NCBI GenBank assembly: GCA_964649615.1
Contig: CAZYPW010000003.1
Span: 30,132-94,131 of the forward strand
Origin: an uncultured Gammaproteobacteria bacterium
GTDB lineage: Bacteria > Patescibacteriota > Microgenomatia > Daviesbacterales > UBA10151
DNA length: 64,000 bases
Direction: 5' to 3'
The notes beneath the pieces were generated by a model that saw only the letters and a list, made by a program, of their open reading frames with translations, did not search any database and was not told the origin of the DNA. Shown here in pieces: positions 47,109 to 57,431 of the stretch. The first letter of the stretch is position 1; each line of letters starts with the position of its first letter. The translations under genes were made by a program, and so were the position numbers.

Positions 47109-47909
47109 ATGCTAAGCGCAATTATAATTACTAAAAATGAAGAAAAATTCATAAAGGCTTGCTTAGAATCAGTTAAATGGGTTGATGAAATTATTATTTT
47201 AGATAATGGATCAACTGATAAAACAATAGAAATTGCAAAAAAATATACAGACAAAATTTCTATATTCAATGATTTAGATTTTGCCTCAATTAGAGATGAG
47301 GGTATGAAGAAAGCCTTGGGAAACTGGGTTTTATACATAGATTCTGATGAAAGAGTTTCTGGACAACTTAAGATTGAAATAGAAGAAATTATTAAAGGTG
47401 AAGAATTTGCAGCTTTTGCTATCCCTAGGAAAAACATCATTTTTGGTCACGAGGTTAACTATGGACCATTTTGGCCAGACTGGGTGATTAGGCTTATTAA
47501 AAAGGATAATTTAGAAGAATGGGTAGGAAAAGTTCATGAATACCCAAAATTTAAAGGAAAGCTTGGATACTGTAAAAATTACTTTTATCACCTGACTCAT
47601 CGTGATATAGACCAGATTGTTTTAAAGAGTCTGGAATGGTCAAAAATAGATGCACAACTAAGACTTAATGCAAATCACCCAAAAATGTCAGGCATTAGAT
47701 TTTTAAGAATCTTATTTAGTGAGCTTTTCTATCAGGGAATAATTAGAAAAGGATTTTTTGCAGGTACTGTTGGTATGATGGACGCTGTTTTACAAACCTT
47801 CAGCATGTTTATTACCTATGTTAGATTATGGCAATTGCAACAAGATAAACCCCGAGATGAAATTTATCAAGAGATAGATAAGGAACTGATCAAAAATAAT
47901 TTTAATTAA
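47109..47909 (+). CDS. GT2 glycosyltransferase (WaaE/KdtX-like)
   Basis: TKNEE, DNGSTD, IDSDE, WPDWVIRL, VHE. Confidence 0.82.
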   Translation: MLSAIIITKNEEKFIKACLESVKWVDEIIILDNGSTDKTIEIAKKYTDKISIFNDLDFASIRDEGMKKALGNWVLYIDSDERVSGQLKIEIEEIIKGEEFAAFAIPRKNIIFGHEVNYGPFWPDWVIRLIKKDNLEEWVGKVHEYPKFKGKLGYCKNYFYHLTHRDIDQIVLKSLEWSKIDAQLRLNANHPKMSGIRFLRILFSELFYQGIIRKGFFAGTVGMMDAVLQTFSMFITYVRLWQLQQDKPRDEIYQEIDKELIKNNFN

Positions 47910-47912
47910 CCC

Positions 47913-48995
47913 ATGAAAACTGCAATTTATTCTCCATACTTGGATACATTAGGTGGCGGAGAACGCTACATAATGACTATTGCTGAGATTTTAGCAAAAG
48001 AACATCAGGTAGATATTCTTTTGGATTCACATTTGTATTTATTAGATATGGAGGGAATTATAAAAAAAATTTCAGAGAGATTTGGACTTAATTTAGAAAA
48101 GGTAAATCTAGTAAAGGCTCCTTTGGGTAAAGATTCCAATATTTTGGAAAGGGCATTTTTTTTAACCAAATATGATCTACTAGTATATTTAACAGATGGA
48201 AGCATTTTTTACCCAACTTCAACAAAAAATATATTACATATCCAGTCTCCCATAAAGGGGCAACCAGCTAAAGGAATTTGGGGAAAAGTAAAGCTTAATG
48301 GTTGGGATTTGATAATTTATAATTCTGAGTTTACCAAAAATAACTGCCAAAAATATTGGCCTATCAAAAGTGAAGTGGTTTATCCACCTGTCGATGTTGA
48401 AAATATAAAGCCTTTAGCAAAAAAGAAAAATATTTTATCTGTGGGAAGATTTTTTAACTTTCTGCGTGATAAGAAACATTCTGTACTAATAAAAGCATTT
48501 AAAAAGATTCATAAAGAAAAAAATAGAGAATGGAGCCTAAATTTAGTTGGTTCAGCCCAAGAGGGAGATAAGCCATATTTGGAGGAATTAAAAAAAGAGG
48601 CAAAAGGTTTACCTGTGAATTTTTTTCCTAACCTTGAATATCAAAAGCTGATAAAACTTTTTGGTGAGAGCAGCATTTATTGGCATGCAGCTGGATTTGA
48701 TGAGGAAGACCCAATTAAGATGGAACATTTTGGTATTTCTACAGCTGAAGCTATGGCAGGGGGATGTGTTCCTGTAGTAATAGGAAAGGGTGGCCAATTA
48801 GAAATAATTGAACAGGGGAAAAACGGTTTTTTATGGAAGACAATAGAAGAATTAATATATTACACAAAAAAGTTAATTGGCGACGATAAGCTTTTAAGTA
48901 CTTTATCTAAGAATGCTACTTTGCGAAGCAAAAAATTTAGTGTAAGTAATTTCAAAAAAAATATTGAGAAGCTTTCATTAGTTAATGACTTTTAG
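47913..48995 (+). CDS. GT4 glycosyltransferase
   Basis: GGGER, NSEFT, VYPPV, SVGRF, EHFGISTAEAMA.G. Confidence 0.85.
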   Translation: MKTAIYSPYLDTLGGGERYIMTIAEILAKEHQVDILLDSHLYLLDMEGIIKKISERFGLNLEKVNLVKAPLGKDSNILERAFFLTKYDLLVYLTDGSIFYPTSTKNILHIQSPIKGQPAKGIWGKVKLNGWDLIIYNSEFTKNNCQKYWPIKSEVVYPPVDVENIKPLAKKKNILSVGRFFNFLRDKKHSVLIKAFKKIHKEKNREWSLNLVGSAQEGDKPYLEELKKEAKGLPVNFFPNLEYQKLIKLFGESSIYWHAAGFDEEDPIKMEHFGISTAEAMAGGCVPVVIGKGGQLEIIEQGKNGFLWKTIEELIYYTKKLIGDDKLLSTLSKNATLRSKKFSVSNFKKNIEKLSLVNDF

Positions 48996-49022
48996 GCAAT
49001 TTTTGTGTTAATCTACTGAATT

Positions 49023-50285
49023 ATGAAGTTAATGGGAGAGTTAAAATTTTGGTTATTTATAGGATTATTATTACGCCTTTTATTAATGGTAACTACCTTC
49101 CATCCTGATTTTACAGCTTTTGCTCTAGCAGGATTTGTAATTTCCGAAGGGCATATTATAGATGTCTATGATTATTTATTTAACCTCCCATCAAGCCACC
49201 CTTTTTATAATGTTTTTGGCATAAATACTTTTGGTTATCCACCCCTGGCCTTACTTTTTGCCTCCTTGCCCTCACTGATATTCTACCCGTTAATGGATCG
49301 TTCCTTTCAAGAAATGTTTTTAGTCAATCCATACCAATTCTTTGGTAATTTCTCTTTTGAAACCCAATTTTATTTATTTTTGCGAAAATCCCATTATCTT
49401 ATATTCGACTTTTTAAGCTTAATCTTGTTATTAAAATTGGTTCCTTTTGAGAGAAGAAAACTGCTATTTTTACTTTGGATTTTTAATCCACTGGTGCTTA
49501 TAGCTGATTATTCAATGGGGCATTTTGATGTAATTCCAACTTTTTTTGTAATTTTATCCCTATTTTTTATTTTTAAGAACAATCCATATTTGGCATCTCT
49601 TGCTATAGGCATGGGAGGTGCAACTAAGTTTTTTCCGTTTTTGTTTCTTCCTTTTATAGTGCTTTTATATGGCAAAAATTTTCTAGAAAAATTTAAACTT
49701 TTGCTAATTGGTATATTACCGATGGTTTTGGTATCTTTACCTTACTTACGGTCTCCGGTGTTTAAGTCAAATGTGCTTGCTTCCCCTGAATCTCAGAAAG
49801 CTCTTTTTGCTGGTGTGAAAGTTTCAGGAGCTGATACCCTTTATATTTTTACCATAGGCTATATCTTAATTCTTATCTTTGCCATTATCCACAAGGCAAA
49901 AGGATTTGAATTCATCTGGAAGTACTTTTTTGCCGTTTTGTTGCTTTTTTTAGCTATTACACATTTTCATCCTCAGTGGTTTCTCTGGGTAACACCATTT
50001 CTAATTTTTTTCATTGTGGAAAAACAGAACCTCTGGAAACTAACAGGAGTTTTTTTCCTATTTTATCTGGGAATTCTTTTTACCTTTGAACCTTCTTTGC
50101 ATTATGGTTTATTTGTTCCACTTTTTCCTCATCTTAAAGATGCACCTAGAATATTGGATTCTTTCAAGAGCATATATGAGCCATCACTGATAACTAGTAG
50201 CTTAAGAAGTGTTTTTGCCGGTATCTCCATTAGTTTAATTTTAATAACCTTAAATAGTGCTAGGGAAAAAGCAAAGACAAAATGA
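49023..50285 (+). CDS. GT-C membrane glycosyltransferase (GT87/PIG-M-like)
   Basis: HPD, YPPL, FNP, GHFD, K..P, HPQWFLW. Confidence 0.65.
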   Translation: MKLMGELKFWLFIGLLLRLLLMVTTFHPDFTAFALAGFVISEGHIIDVYDYLFNLPSSHPFYNVFGINTFGYPPLALLFASLPSLIFYPLMDRSFQEMFLVNPYQFFGNFSFETQFYLFLRKSHYLIFDFLSLILLLKLVPFERRKLLFLLWIFNPLVLIADYSMGHFDVIPTFFVILSLFFIFKNNPYLASLAIGMGGATKFFPFLFLPFIVLLYGKNFLEKFKLLLIGILPMVLVSLPYLRSPVFKSNVLASPESQKALFAGVKVSGADTLYIFTIGYILILIFAIIHKAKGFEFIWKYFFAVLLLFLAITHFHPQWFLWVTPFLIFFIVEKQNLWKLTGVFFLFYLGILFTFEPSLHYGLFVPLFPHLKDAPRILDSFKSIYEPSLITSSLRSVFAGISISLILITLNSAREKAKTK

Positions 50286-50935
50286 AAAAGTTAAAAAAAT
50301 TAGAGGATATTTGGAATCAAGTGCCTCCTGATTACTACCAGACTGGAGTTAAAAGTAATGCCTTTCAGTGGATTTGGCATAGTTGGAAATGGTATTCAAT
50401 AAAACAAATACTAAAGTTTGCAAAGATTGAGGCTTTAAAAATTCTTGATATTGGTTGTGCTTCAGGTTATCTTACTTTTCAAATAGCCACTTTTTTTCCT
50501 AATGCAGAAGTTGTGGGGATTGATTCCTATAAAAGAGCTATAGAATATGGCCAAAAAATTTATCCAAATATTAAATTTAAAGTAGGTGATGCCCATAAAC
50601 TTCCCTTTAGTAATGAGAATTTTGACTTGATAACTTGTATTGAAACCTTGGAACATGTTGAAGCACCTGAAGAAGTAATTAGAGAAATAAAACGTTGTTT
50701 GAAAAAGAATGGAAAAGTTTTAATTGGCCAAGATACAGATAATTTACTTTTTAAAATTATTTGGTTGATTTGGACAAAGTCTCGAGGTAAAGTTTGGCAT
50801 AATTCTCACATTCATCCCTATGGAGCAAAAGATTTAGAAAAATTGATAAAAAGATGCGGCCTAAGGATTGTTAAGAAAAAACTATCTCATTTTGGTTTAG
50901 AAATATTCTTTTTAGCAGAAAAATCCAGTCCTTAA
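50282..50935 (+). CDS. Class I SAM-dependent methyltransferase
   Basis: ILDIGCASG, GDAHKLPF, FDLI, LEHV, LKKNG. Confidence 0.88.
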   Translation: MKKLKKLEDIWNQVPPDYYQTGVKSNAFQWIWHSWKWYSIKQILKFAKIEALKILDIGCASGYLTFQIATFFPNAEVVGIDSYKRAIEYGQKIYPNIKFKVGDAHKLPFSNENFDLITCIETLEHVEAPEEVIREIKRCLKKNGKVLIGQDTDNLLFKIIWLIWTKSRGKVWHNSHIHPYGAKDLEKLIKRCGLRIVKKKLSHFGLEIFFLAEKSSP

Positions 50936-52446
50936 TGAAAGATTTAAAGTATTGGTTAATATTAACTTTTTGCCTGATATTTTTTTGGTTCCTATTAACT
51001 TTTAGAATTACTGATGTGCCTCCAGGTATAAATGGTGATGAGGCAACCTTAGGTAAGAATGCCATATTGCTATCTCAAAATTTACATGATGAGAATAAGA
51101 GATTTCTTCCTCTGTTTGTTTCCGCTCATGATGGTAAGGATTGGAAACCGCCAGTAAGCATGTATACAACAGTAATTTTTTTTAAATTATTTGGGCCTTC
51201 ATATTATATATTGCGTAGCGTTAGTGTTTTCCTAATTCTTGTTAGCGCCACTCTTTTATTTATCACTTTGAAAGATTTATTAAATGTAAAATTAGCTTTT
51301 GCGGGTTTTTTGATCTTTATGACAATTCCTGCAGTTACAATTCAATCCCACTTAGCTTTAGAAAATATTGCTTTATTGCCTTTTGTGATTCTTTGGATTT
51401 TTATGCTCATAAGATATCAAAAAACCGCAGAGAATAGGTATTTAATATTATCAGGCATTAGTTTAGGAGCTGGTTTATATTCCTATGGATCTTTGAGGCT
51501 CATGGCACCTGTTTTTGCTTCATTAACATTTTTTTACATTCTTAAAAAAGGAAGAATATTACTATCTCACAAAATTAGAAAGCTGGCTTTTTTTACAATT
51601 GGGCTAATGCCCTTTGTTTTATTTTTTATAATAGTAAAAAAAGAATATCCTGGTGCGTTAGGTAATTATAATAGGCCCACCATGCCCGCTAGTTATCAAG
51701 AATTTTTCTTACCCTATCTTTCTGCTTATGATTTAAGCTTTCTTTTTATAAAAGGAGATGCTACTCCTTACCATTCAACTGGTACTCAGGGAGTTTTTCT
51801 TATGTCTACTTTACCTTTATTTTTGCTGGGTATTTATCAAAGCCTTAAAAAAAATGATCCAATTTTAAATTTAATTCTGGCAGCTTTTTTAACAGCCCCC
51901 TTATTATTAGGATTTGTTCCATCAGTTTATAGAGGGAGCAGGCTTTTAGCAATTTTACCCCTTTATACTGTAATTGCCACAATAGGAGTTGAATTTTTAT
52001 TAACAAAAAATCTTATATTTTTAAAGAAAATGTTTTTAAGTTTGATAGTAGTTATTATTTTCCTAAATTTTTGTGATTTTATAAATGATTATTGGTTTAA
52101 ATATCCAGAAAGAGTTAATCAACATTTTGAAAAACCGATCCATAATGTGTATGAAAAAGTATACCAATTATCAAAAAAAGAAAATCTAAAAGTTTATATA
52201 CAAGATGATATACCTGCCAGAAACCCTTATGCTTATGATTTCTTAGAACAATCATATTTCCCAGAAGGTTTAGAAAGATGGAAAGGGACATGGACTATAC
52301 CAAAGAAAAGTTTAGTTATAATAACTGTACACACTTTTAATAAGTCTTTAGTGCCAAAAGAACTAGAGGTAATTAATAATGGTTCTTTAGATCTTATTTT
52401 GTTAATAAATAGATCAGATAAAGATTTATCTATAAATGAAACCTAA
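50935..52446 (+). CDS. PMT/ArnT-like GT-C glycosyltransferase
   Basis: PPGINGDE, DE..R..P, DWKPP, LF.KGD..YH. Confidence 0.72.
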   Translation: MKDLKYWLILTFCLIFFWFLLTFRITDVPPGINGDEATLGKNAILLSQNLHDENKRFLPLFVSAHDGKDWKPPVSMYTTVIFFKLFGPSYYILRSVSVFLILVSATLLFITLKDLLNVKLAFAGFLIFMTIPAVTIQSHLALENIALLPFVILWIFMLIRYQKTAENRYLILSGISLGAGLYSYGSLRLMAPVFASLTFFYILKKGRILLSHKIRKLAFFTIGLMPFVLFFIIVKKEYPGALGNYNRPTMPASYQEFFLPYLSAYDLSFLFIKGDATPYHSTGTQGVFLMSTLPLFLLGIYQSLKKNDPILNLILAAFLTAPLLLGFVPSVYRGSRLLAILPLYTVIATIGVEFLLTKNLIFLKKMFLSLIVVIIFLNFCDFINDYWFKYPERVNQHFEKPIHNVYEKVYQLSKKENLKVYIQDDIPARNPYAYDFLEQSYFPEGLERWKGTWTIPKKSLVIITVHTFNKSLVPKELEVINNGSLDLILLINRSDKDLSINET

Positions 52447-54019
52447 AGAAAATTGGTTAATCGTTTTACTTATTATTTTAGCACTATTTATCCGAATAGT
52501 TCCTATAGATTTCCCCTTTTTTACATCTGATGAAGCAAGGATAGCTGTTAGAGGATACTCTCTTGCCACCAGCGGTAAGGATGAGTTAGGTAGGTTATAT
52601 CCGCTGCTTTTTAACTCACTAGTTGACTACCAATTGCCTGCTGTATCATATATTACAGCTTTGGGTGAAATTGTTTTTGGCAGGTCTGATTTTGGAGTAA
52701 GACTGCCATTTATTCTATTAGGGGTGGCTCAAGCCTTATTAATTTACAAAATAGCCCAATTTTTTAGTCCTAGGAAAGAGTTTTGGTTTTTTGCTTCATC
52801 AGTGACAGCATTCTCTCCCGGCTTAGTTTTCTTTTCTAAAACTCCCAATGAATACATAGTTTTAGTATTTCTACTTTCTTTTCTATTTTACTCTTTAATC
52901 AAAAGTAACCCAAACTCAAAGCTTATTTTAATCCTGATTATTTTACTGTTTCTATCATCCAAATTTGCTTGGTTTATAGTGCCTCCATTTGTAATATTAA
53001 CCCTGATATTTTTTCCGCATAATTTACAAAGGAAAACTAAGCTCAAAATTTCTTTAGTGTGTATTTTAATATCATTTTTAGCTCTCCTTATTTTTTGGCA
53101 GGTTCCCCAATCAGGCAGGTCACTTCTAGAGAATAACTTTTCTATTTTTTCTGACCTGACCATAAAAAATGGCATTAATCAGTTAAGAGGGCAGGGATTA
53201 CAGTCTCATTGGCCTTCCTTCTTGGAAAAAATACTTTTTAACAAAGTACATTTTCTAGTAGTAGGTTTCTTAAACTGGTTTTCTCAACTGCAGCCAGCAA
53301 ATTTCTTTGGATCTATTAATGCAGGTATTTTACAAAAAGTATTGATTATCCCTTTTGTGATTGGATTGGGATACATAATTAGCAGGGGCAAGCGAAAGGA
53401 GATTATGCTGTTAATTTATCCATTTTTCTTAACTTTTCCTTTACTGTTTCTATCATTGAATAATAGCAAGGAGCTAATTTTATTTGCCTTGCCTTTTGTT
53501 TCTTTAATCATAGCTTTAGGATTTATTCATCTTAACCATATAGCCAGAGTCCTTATTATAGGCATCATGGTTTTTGAAATTGGAATTAATTTTTTAAATT
53601 TAGATATGAATAAAAAGATAAGTAATGAGTTACGGCCTTCCTGGGTAAAGGAGATGATAATAGATGGTTTAAATACTTCTTCAAGCCAAAGAGTAGCTTT
53701 TTCTGATGATTTGACAAATGATATTGCACCTTTCATTCAATGGTTTGGAAAGCTAGAAGCTAAAGATTATGAAGATATAAAATTTCCCTATAAATTTCGC
53801 CAAAACAGGGTTTCAGGCATAAAAATTATCAGCTCAGATAGGATTTTTTATAAATGTGGTTATGATAAACCTACCTATATTATTGCCAGCAAAAGAGATG
53901 TAGCAGAAATTGAAAGATGGTTAAATGTAAAAACGGAGGAAATCACTATAAAAGCATATAAAGATAATTTAGGTTATGAGGTAGCTTACTTTTTTGAACC
54001 AACCATATGCATTCAATAA
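52436..54019 (+). CDS. Divergent PMT/ArnT-like GT-C protein
   Basis: SDEA...GYSL..SGKDELG, DYQLP, VRLPF; lacks the GD..RH loop of its paralogs. Confidence 0.65.
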   Translation: MKPKENWLIVLLIILALFIRIVPIDFPFFTSDEARIAVRGYSLATSGKDELGRLYPLLFNSLVDYQLPAVSYITALGEIVFGRSDFGVRLPFILLGVAQALLIYKIAQFFSPRKEFWFFASSVTAFSPGLVFFSKTPNEYIVLVFLLSFLFYSLIKSNPNSKLILILIILLFLSSKFAWFIVPPFVILTLIFFPHNLQRKTKLKISLVCILISFLALLIFWQVPQSGRSLLENNFSIFSDLTIKNGINQLRGQGLQSHWPSFLEKILFNKVHFLVVGFLNWFSQLQPANFFGSINAGILQKVLIIPFVIGLGYIISRGKRKEIMLLIYPFFLTFPLLFLSLNNSKELILFALPFVSLIIALGFIHLNHIARVLIIGIMVFEIGINFLNLDMNKKISNELRPSWVKEMIIDGLNTSSSQRVAFSDDLTNDIAPFIQWFGKLEAKDYEDIKFPYKFRQNRVSGIKIISSDRIFYKCGYDKPTYIIASKRDVAEIERWLNVKTEEITIKAYKDNLGYEVAYFFEPTICIQ

Positions 54020-55623
54020 TAATTATAATTTTGATAGGATCATTTTTGCGCTTTTATCAGCTTGCTGAATACCCAATACATCTAAACCATGATGAAATAA
54101 CTCAACTTTATGATGCCATATCAATCGCCCAAACAGGTAAAGATATTTACGGTAACTTCCTACCGTTTATTTTTTCGTCAGTGGGAGATTTTAAGCCCCC
54201 TTTTTATACTTACATAACCAGTTTATTTTATTTTTTATCTGGCTGGAGTGAATTAACTATTAGATTACCTGGTGCTATTTTTGGTGTTTTAATCATACCA
54301 GCAGTTTATTTTTTTACACAAAAGTTTTTAAGCAGTCGAGGCATTGCTTTAATTGCTGCTTTTTTTACTGCCATAGCTCCATTTGAGATATACTTTTCAA
54401 GAAAAAGCTTTGAAAATGGTGCAGGGATATTCTTAATGCTTACTGGCTTTTTATGCCTGCTCAATTACTTTACAAACAAAAAACCCCGTTGGTTATATCT
54501 TGCGTCCTTGGTATTTGCAGCTGGAATGTATACTTATTTTTCCCACGCCATAATTATTCCGTTATTAATAACCGTTTTTATTTTTATATACAGGAATTAT
54601 TTTTCATCTAAATTAAGTAGCTATTTTCTTCCAATTGTATTTTTTATAACCTTGATTTCACCTCTAATTTTTATGATTCTGACAAATCCTGATGTAAGAT
54701 ACAGATCTCAAACAGTTTTTATATCTCAGGATGTTGCCTTAGGTCACCAATTAGAGCTTGGAAAAACTAATAATCTCGTAACTAACTTTCTATTACAAGG
54801 AAGCATTATATTAAGTTATAGTTTTGATAGATACCTAAGACAGTTTGACCCAATATATTTATTTTCCAATGGTTTAGATTTAACTAACCAAGGTTTATTG
54901 GGCTCTGGTCCTTTGCTTTTAGTACAATTCCCCTTTTTGATTTTTGGAATAATTAGCCTCCTAAAAAATCCAAACCAACAAAGAGCAAAGAAGTTTATAG
55001 CTACATGGATTTTAATAGGTATGCTGCCAAGTGCTTTTACTTTTGAAAGCCATAGTCCTCATAGAGTGGCTATGGTTTTTACCATGCTTAATATAATTTC
55101 TGCAGTTGGGCTTTATTATTTTTTAAAATCCATTAGGCATTTTAAGCAATATTTTTTAAGTACTTTAGCCCTAGTTCTACTGCTAAATCTGGTATTTTTT
55201 TTGCACATATATTTTGTTAATTTCCCTTTTGAAAAATCTCATTATCTTCAGTATCCCTTTAAAGAAGTAGCTAAGTTTGCTTGGTCTGAATATCCCAATT
55301 TTGAAACAATAGTTTTTGATCCCCAATTTGGCGATACAGCTCCGTTTATTGGAACAGGCGCGCATTATTATTTGGCTTATTATGGGCATTATTCGCCCAA
55401 GAAATTTCAAGAGAATTTTCACAAAGGATCAAATCCAAGAGAGGTAATTTTTGATAAATTCTCTATAAGGCAAGTATATTGGCCTGCAGATAAGGATAAG
55501 AAAAATACACTTTTTATTGTAAGCATATGGAGTGTTCCTCTGGATACAGTTGACCCTAGTAAGATCATTAAAAGATTTAATTTTTATAATGGTAAATTGG
55601 CCTTCTATGCCATAAAATTATAA
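54007..55623 (+). CDS. PMT/ArnT-like GT-C glycosyltransferase
   Basis: HDE...SI..TGKD.YG, DFKPP, IRLP, SRKSFE, SPHR. Confidence 0.75.
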   Translation: MHSIIIIILIGSFLRFYQLAEYPIHLNHDEITQLYDAISIAQTGKDIYGNFLPFIFSSVGDFKPPFYTYITSLFYFLSGWSELTIRLPGAIFGVLIIPAVYFFTQKFLSSRGIALIAAFFTAIAPFEIYFSRKSFENGAGIFLMLTGFLCLLNYFTNKKPRWLYLASLVFAAGMYTYFSHAIIIPLLITVFIFIYRNYFSSKLSSYFLPIVFFITLISPLIFMILTNPDVRYRSQTVFISQDVALGHQLELGKTNNLVTNFLLQGSIILSYSFDRYLRQFDPIYLFSNGLDLTNQGLLGSGPLLLVQFPFLIFGIISLLKNPNQQRAKKFIATWILIGMLPSAFTFESHSPHRVAMVFTMLNIISAVGLYYFLKSIRHFKQYFLSTLALVLLLNLVFFLHIYFVNFPFEKSHYLQYPFKEVAKFAWSEYPNFETIVFDPQFGDTAPFIGTGAHYYLAYYGHYSPKKFQENFHKGSNPREVIFDKFSIRQVYWPADKDKKNTLFIVSIWSVPLDTVDPSKIIKRFNFYNGKLAFYAIKL

Positions 55624-55777
55624 TCACTAGCAGAAAACCCCGTTTTCTTAAAACGAGGATGAATGCTAAAGTGATTACAGTCTTCCGCGGGATAGGTGGT
55701 ATACTGAGTTAAGGTTTTCTGCAGTTTCTTGTAAACTTTTAAAGAAAACCGCGGACTCTCAGTCCGCGGAAGTTTAT
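55621..55777. mobile_element. Non-autonomous IS200/IS605-like mini element (two hairpin ends, no tnpA/tnpB)
   Basis: Left hairpin gaaaacc-c-cgtttt-ctt-aaaacg-a-gg-atgaa inside a longer stem (55621-77); right hairpin ccgcggact-ctc-agtccgcgg followed by aagtttat (55749-77); layout resembles IS200/IS605 subterminal hairpins. Confidence 0.6.
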
Positions 55778-55781
55778 AACT

Positions 55782-57431
55782 ATGAAATACAAATTATTGA
55801 TTCTTGGATTGATAGTGCTCCTGGCATTTTTTCTTAGGTTTTATAAAGTGACTGAAATTCCGCCTGCCTTAAATTGGGATGAAGTCTCAATTGCATATAA
55901 TGCATATTCTATTTTGCAAACTGGAAAAGATGAGTGGAATCAATTCTTTCCTCTACACTTTAAAGCTTATGGAGAATACAAATTACCAATCCAAATATAC
56001 TTAAGTATTCCAGCCATATATCTATTTGGTTTAAATGAGCTGGGGATTAGAATAACACCTGTTATATATGGAACTTTGACAGTTTTGGTGATGTTTTTTT
56101 TAGGAAAAGAGATTTTTGGAAGTATCGTAGTGGGGTTTATTTCAGCTTTTTTGCTGGCAGTTTCTCCGTGGCACATCCAGCTTACCAGGGGTTCTTTCGA
56201 ATCCTCTTTTGCGACATTTTTTGTTACTTTAGGCATTTGGCTTCTTCTCAAAGGTTTTAAAAATAATAAGTGGTTTGTTGTTGCTATGGTCCCATTTGCG
56301 CTGTCAGCTTTTACCTATAATACTGCCAGGATTTTCACCCCGCTTTTCCTACTGACGACAGGTTTCTTATATAGAAAAATATTGATTCGTTCAAAAGAAT
56401 TTGTAATATACTCAATAGTAGTATTCACCATATTACTTTTACCACTAACACCGTATGTTTTAAGCGGAGAAAGAAGTGCAAGGTATAAATTAGTCAGCAT
56501 TACTGATGATCCAGGCCTGGTTCCTCGCATTAATGAGAATAGGGGAAACTCTAAATTACCTGCTCCTTTGCCAAAATTAATACATAACAAAGTTACCTAT
56601 ATTTCTTTTTACTTTGTCAGAAACTACTTAGCTCATTTTAGTCCTCAGTTTTTATTTACTTCGGGTGCACCTCACAGGCAGCATCATGTTCAAAATATAG
56701 GACAACTTTATTTATTCCAAGCACCGTTTTTATTCATTGGGCTTATTTGGCTTTTTAAATTAAAACACAAATTCAAAAATCTATTATTATCTTGGGTATT
56801 ACTGGCATATATTCCAGTTTCAGTGACTGGCGATAGCATTCCTCATGCCCTAAGAACTCTTATTGCAGCTCCTTTTTATCAATTAGTTACTGCTTTTGGT
56901 TTTTGGGTTTCACTGAGGTTTATTAAAAAAAGCTCAAAAACAATTAAGCTAGCTTTTGCACTCATTTTAGCTATAATTGTAGTCTCAAGTATTACTTATT
57001 ATCTAAATCAATATTATAATATTTACCCTAAAAAATACTCTAGAGACTGGCAATATGGATACAAGCAAGTTATAGATTATATTAAGAAACATCAAGCAGA
57101 ATATGATTTAATTGTTTTTTCAAGGCACTATGGTGAACCGCATATGTTCACCTTATTTTTTTTAAATTATGATCCTGCAAAGTATCAAAGTGACCCGAAT
57201 TTAATAAGATATGAAACTAATGATTGGGTATGGGTTTTAAAGTTTGATAAATACTATTTTCCAGATTTAGGAGATGAGGGGACTCAATTTGAGGATATGG
57301 TTAAAAGCAGTAGGGGAAAGAAGATACTGTTTGTAGGTAGACCAGGTGATTTTCCAAGAGAAATACCAAGACTTTTATCAATTAATTTCCTAAATGGTGA
57401 GAATGCTTTTGATATCATAGAGGTTAAATGA
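55782..57431 (+). CDS. PMT/ArnT-like GT-C glycosyltransferase
   Basis: PPALNWDE..IAYNAYSILQTGKDEW, EYKLP, PHALR, WQYGYK. Confidence 0.78.
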   Translation: MKYKLLILGLIVLLAFFLRFYKVTEIPPALNWDEVSIAYNAYSILQTGKDEWNQFFPLHFKAYGEYKLPIQIYLSIPAIYLFGLNELGIRITPVIYGTLTVLVMFFLGKEIFGSIVVGFISAFLLAVSPWHIQLTRGSFESSFATFFVTLGIWLLLKGFKNNKWFVVAMVPFALSAFTYNTARIFTPLFLLTTGFLYRKILIRSKEFVIYSIVVFTILLLPLTPYVLSGERSARYKLVSITDDPGLVPRINENRGNSKLPAPLPKLIHNKVTYISFYFVRNYLAHFSPQFLFTSGAPHRQHHVQNIGQLYLFQAPFLFIGLIWLFKLKHKFKNLLLSWVLLAYIPVSVTGDSIPHALRTLIAAPFYQLVTAFGFWVSLRFIKKSSKTIKLAFALILAIIVVSSITYYLNQYYNIYPKKYSRDWQYGYKQVIDYIKKHQAEYDLIVFSRHYGEPHMFTLFFLNYDPAKYQSDPNLIRYETNDWVWVLKFDKYYFPDLGDEGTQFEDMVKSSRGKKILFVGRPGDFPREIPRLLSINFLNGENAFDIIEVK

